A DNA stretch of 64,000 nt from Convolutriloba macropyga (Eukaryota): assembly GCF_964194025.1 (NCBI RefSeq), contig NC_134468.1, forward strand, positions 50,034,001 through 50,098,000. The letters run 5' to 3'. A model generated the notes under the pieces. The model saw nothing but the letters and a program-made list of their open reading frames with translations. It was not told the DNA's origin and did not search any database. Made by a program: the position numbers and the translations under genes. Positions 61,500-64,000 of the stretch are shown here, piece by piece. Numbering within the stretch: position 1 is the first letter of the stretch; every line of letters begins with the position of its first letter.

Positions 61500-62935
61500 A
61501 GTAGCTAAGTGCCACTTAGGTAGGCTAACATAAGCTTAATTGAATGGCGGAAATTCTCAAGAACCGCCCTTCATACCATAAATTTATGCATCCTCAACAG
61601 TTTCTGTGAATTGCACAGTTAGACTAAAAATGCGTAAGGCTCTTAGAGAGCGGCTTAGCTACTTACTGCCCTCGGGGCTATAACTGACGGGGCAACGGTG
61701 GGAGGTCTTTGGCTTCTCGGGTCCACGCCCTTACGGCCTGAACGATGTGCAGGGGGATTGGGGGAGGAGTGAAGTAGGGGGGGGGGGGGGGGGGGGGTGA
61801 AGGTTTCATTCAAACCCAAAGAACCAACCTTCATACCATACCTATATGTCTCCAAAACAGCTTCTTTGAATAGCATACTCGGAGCCTATTGAGCTAAAAG
61901 GCTCTAAGAGAGCGTAATGCCGTCTGGGCTACCTGTTTATCCCGTTTTTGAGGACGGAAAGTCAAATGGGTCAGACAAAAAATCAGTCAAGCGAAAAATT
62001 GCATAAAACATGGCCAGTAGAATATCGGAAAGGAATCGAAGAGCCGTGCAATAAAAACTTTCAATAAATCCCCCTATTTCTGAAATATCATAAGAAATAC
62101 AAACAATGCAATATATTGTTGGAAAGAACCAACTTTAAGTTAAGAATGTGGGTCGGTGGCGGGGGAGGGGGCGTAGGTAGGTGGGGGTAGCAGTAGGTGC
62201 CGGGATAGGTGGGGGTGGGTGAGGGGTAGATCAGATAGCTAGGGGATCCACTTATATGGGATCAAAAATTCTTGGAGTGACATTTTCACATTTAATATTA
62301 AGAGCAGTTCCAAATTACTGTATATTACAAAAAAACGACTATTAGAGTACAACGTTATAAAACAGAAGTCAATGCTCAAAAATAAAAGTCAAAAGTTCAA
62401 GTCATGAGCAAACTTGCGTCCGCTAAGAAAAACCGGTAGAATCTCAACACTCCTCTTCGAGTCGCAAAAAACACCAACACGTTTACAATAACTGCTTAGA
62501 ATACCGGAAACGACTCAAAGAGCCGTGCATTAAAAACTAATCCTACCTAATTCAAAAATATCAAACAAATCATACCTATTTCAGAAATACCAAAAAAGGA
62601 AACATATATAATTAGAAACAACCAATTTTTAGTTAGGAATGTGGTCAGGTGTATTTGTGGGCGTTCAGGTAGGTGGGGGAGTAGATAAGAGGAGGGGGAT
62701 TAGGTAGGTAAGGTAGGTGTTACATAGGTTCCCAGGGGGTTGGTAAGGGGTAAGCGTGTGCGGCCGGGAGATGGGGGTTAGGGTTAGGCGTAGGGTTTAT
62801 TGTGGGTAAATAGTTGAAGGGGGGTGGCTGGGATATGTAGGGGATCCCTTAGGGGATCAAATTCTCAAAATGTCCTCAATATTACAGAGAATGCTAATTA
62901 CTATACATTACAAACTAAGCTACTGTTATATATAC
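61500..62935. repeat. G-rich composite repeat region (7.2-kb-family copies plus two ~480-bp units starting AGAGCCGTGCA)
   Basis: agagccgtgca.taaaaact at ~62040 and ~62520, each followed by a G-tract-rich core; long poly-G run near 61780-61797. Confidence 0.55.
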
Positions 62936-62940
62936 ATAAA

Positions 62941-63456
62941 CATAGCCGGCAGATTACTGGAATAGCTGCGAAAGAACAAAGACTTGCGTGCCGTATAGTT
63001 GAGATAGACACAGATAGAGATATAAATTGAAAAAAATGACGCCTCTCAAAAGACTAGGTAAAAAAACATTCATCGATAAATTAATAAAGCTTGATAAAAT
63101 TCATTCAGCAGAAACCTTTTCTTAGGGACATTTACTGCATATATGAATTCCTTTGACCCTAAACTAACTCAAATTAAACTTAAGTTTTAAAGTACAAAAT
63201 TCAATTTAGTGAGGTAAGTCACGTATGATCTAAATCTAATCACGCAAATGAATTTAAAATCTTTGCTAGAGAGAGAATGAGAAATGACGTCACGCGCACA
63301 AACGCTGTTAGTGAGAGAAAGAAGTCATTCAGAAATATTTTTTAGCTTTTCAGCTTTGCTGTGTGAACAAATGTAAAATGAAAGAGAGCGTCAGATGATG
63401 AAACAAAAAAAAACCAAGAGCACTGCAATATAGCTCCGCTCAGCTTCGCAGCTATA
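62941..63456 (-). mobile_element. HINE/DINE-1-like element, copy 2
   Basis: Diverged direct copy of 59187-59708 with the same subterminal repeats and hairpin. Confidence 0.65.
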
Positions 63457-64000
63457 ACTACTAAGTTAAGTCCAATGTTCTAAAGGAGAAGACAATGTTC
63501 GAAAACAAAAATCAAAAGTACAAGTCATGAAGAAAATTACGTCAGCTAAATAAAACAATTTTCCTCTTTCAGTCGTAAAAAGACTACAGGACTAATATAA
63601 ATGCTACAAAGTTCGTTTGAGAGAAATTAGCAATGACTAGAAATGACCAGCAATTGATTCTAAAAAGTCTTTAAAAAATTATGCTTCAAAATCGAAATGA
63701 AAAAACTTCACGCCGCAAAACCTCTCGCGTGTTCGCATCACATTCCTATTTCAGCGTAATTTGACATCGAAATTCATTAAAATATGTAGAAAATTGATTG
63801 AATTGTAAAAAAACCAAGATAATGTCAATATAGCAAAGCCCAACTTACAAAATGGCAGCCAAAAAATTAAGATAAAACATACCCTGCAGATTGCCGGAAA
63901 ATAGCCGCCGTTGATTCCAATAAGCATGATTGGGATTGGAAGAATAAAAAATATTGAAAAAAAAAAGATTTTTGTACAAAAAAATTTTGTAAGTCCGATT

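Noticed and set aside
1-64000. Prokaryotic or phage origin for the operon-like gene block
   Set aside because: Spliceosomal introns, LTR/LINE elements, C2H2 fingers, NLS motifs and a calponin-family host gene indicate an animal-like nuclear genome. The species cannot be determined from the sequence alone.

Overview
AT-rich eukaryotic (animal-like) genomic DNA dominated by mobile elements. A host calponin/transgelin (SM22/mp20-like) gene on the + strand has three coding exons in the window (4356-4441, 30211-30370, 39744-39928); its first exon(s) lie upstream. The main feature is a complete 16,555-bp Polinton/Maverick (adintovirus-like endogenous dsDNA virus) at 13511-30065. It has ~124-bp TIRs starting AGTAGT and a perfect 6-bp GATGTC target-site duplication, and it sits in the host gene's 25.8-kb intron. 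It encodes a packaging ATPase, retroviral-type integrase (frameshifted), minor and major capsid proteins, a basic core protein, an adenain protease and a protein-primed PolB. The PolB has N-terminal C2H2 fingers, one W->stop lesion and a clean spliceosomal intron. Accessory genes include a DEDD nuclease resembling Maelstrom/arenavirus NP, an HD-motif protein, and a reverse-strand pair (PC4-like ssDNA-binding protein plus HUH-motif protein) next to an ~84-bp palindromic repeat array. The rest of the window holds two decayed BEL/Pao elements (one full length with ~148-bp LTRs, AAATA TSD and a ~3.9-kb internal duplication), a Gypsy element, CR1-like and CRE-like LINEs, two HINE/DINE-1-like elements and a tRNA-derived SINE. 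All family assignments come from motif recognition by eye; no database searches were run.
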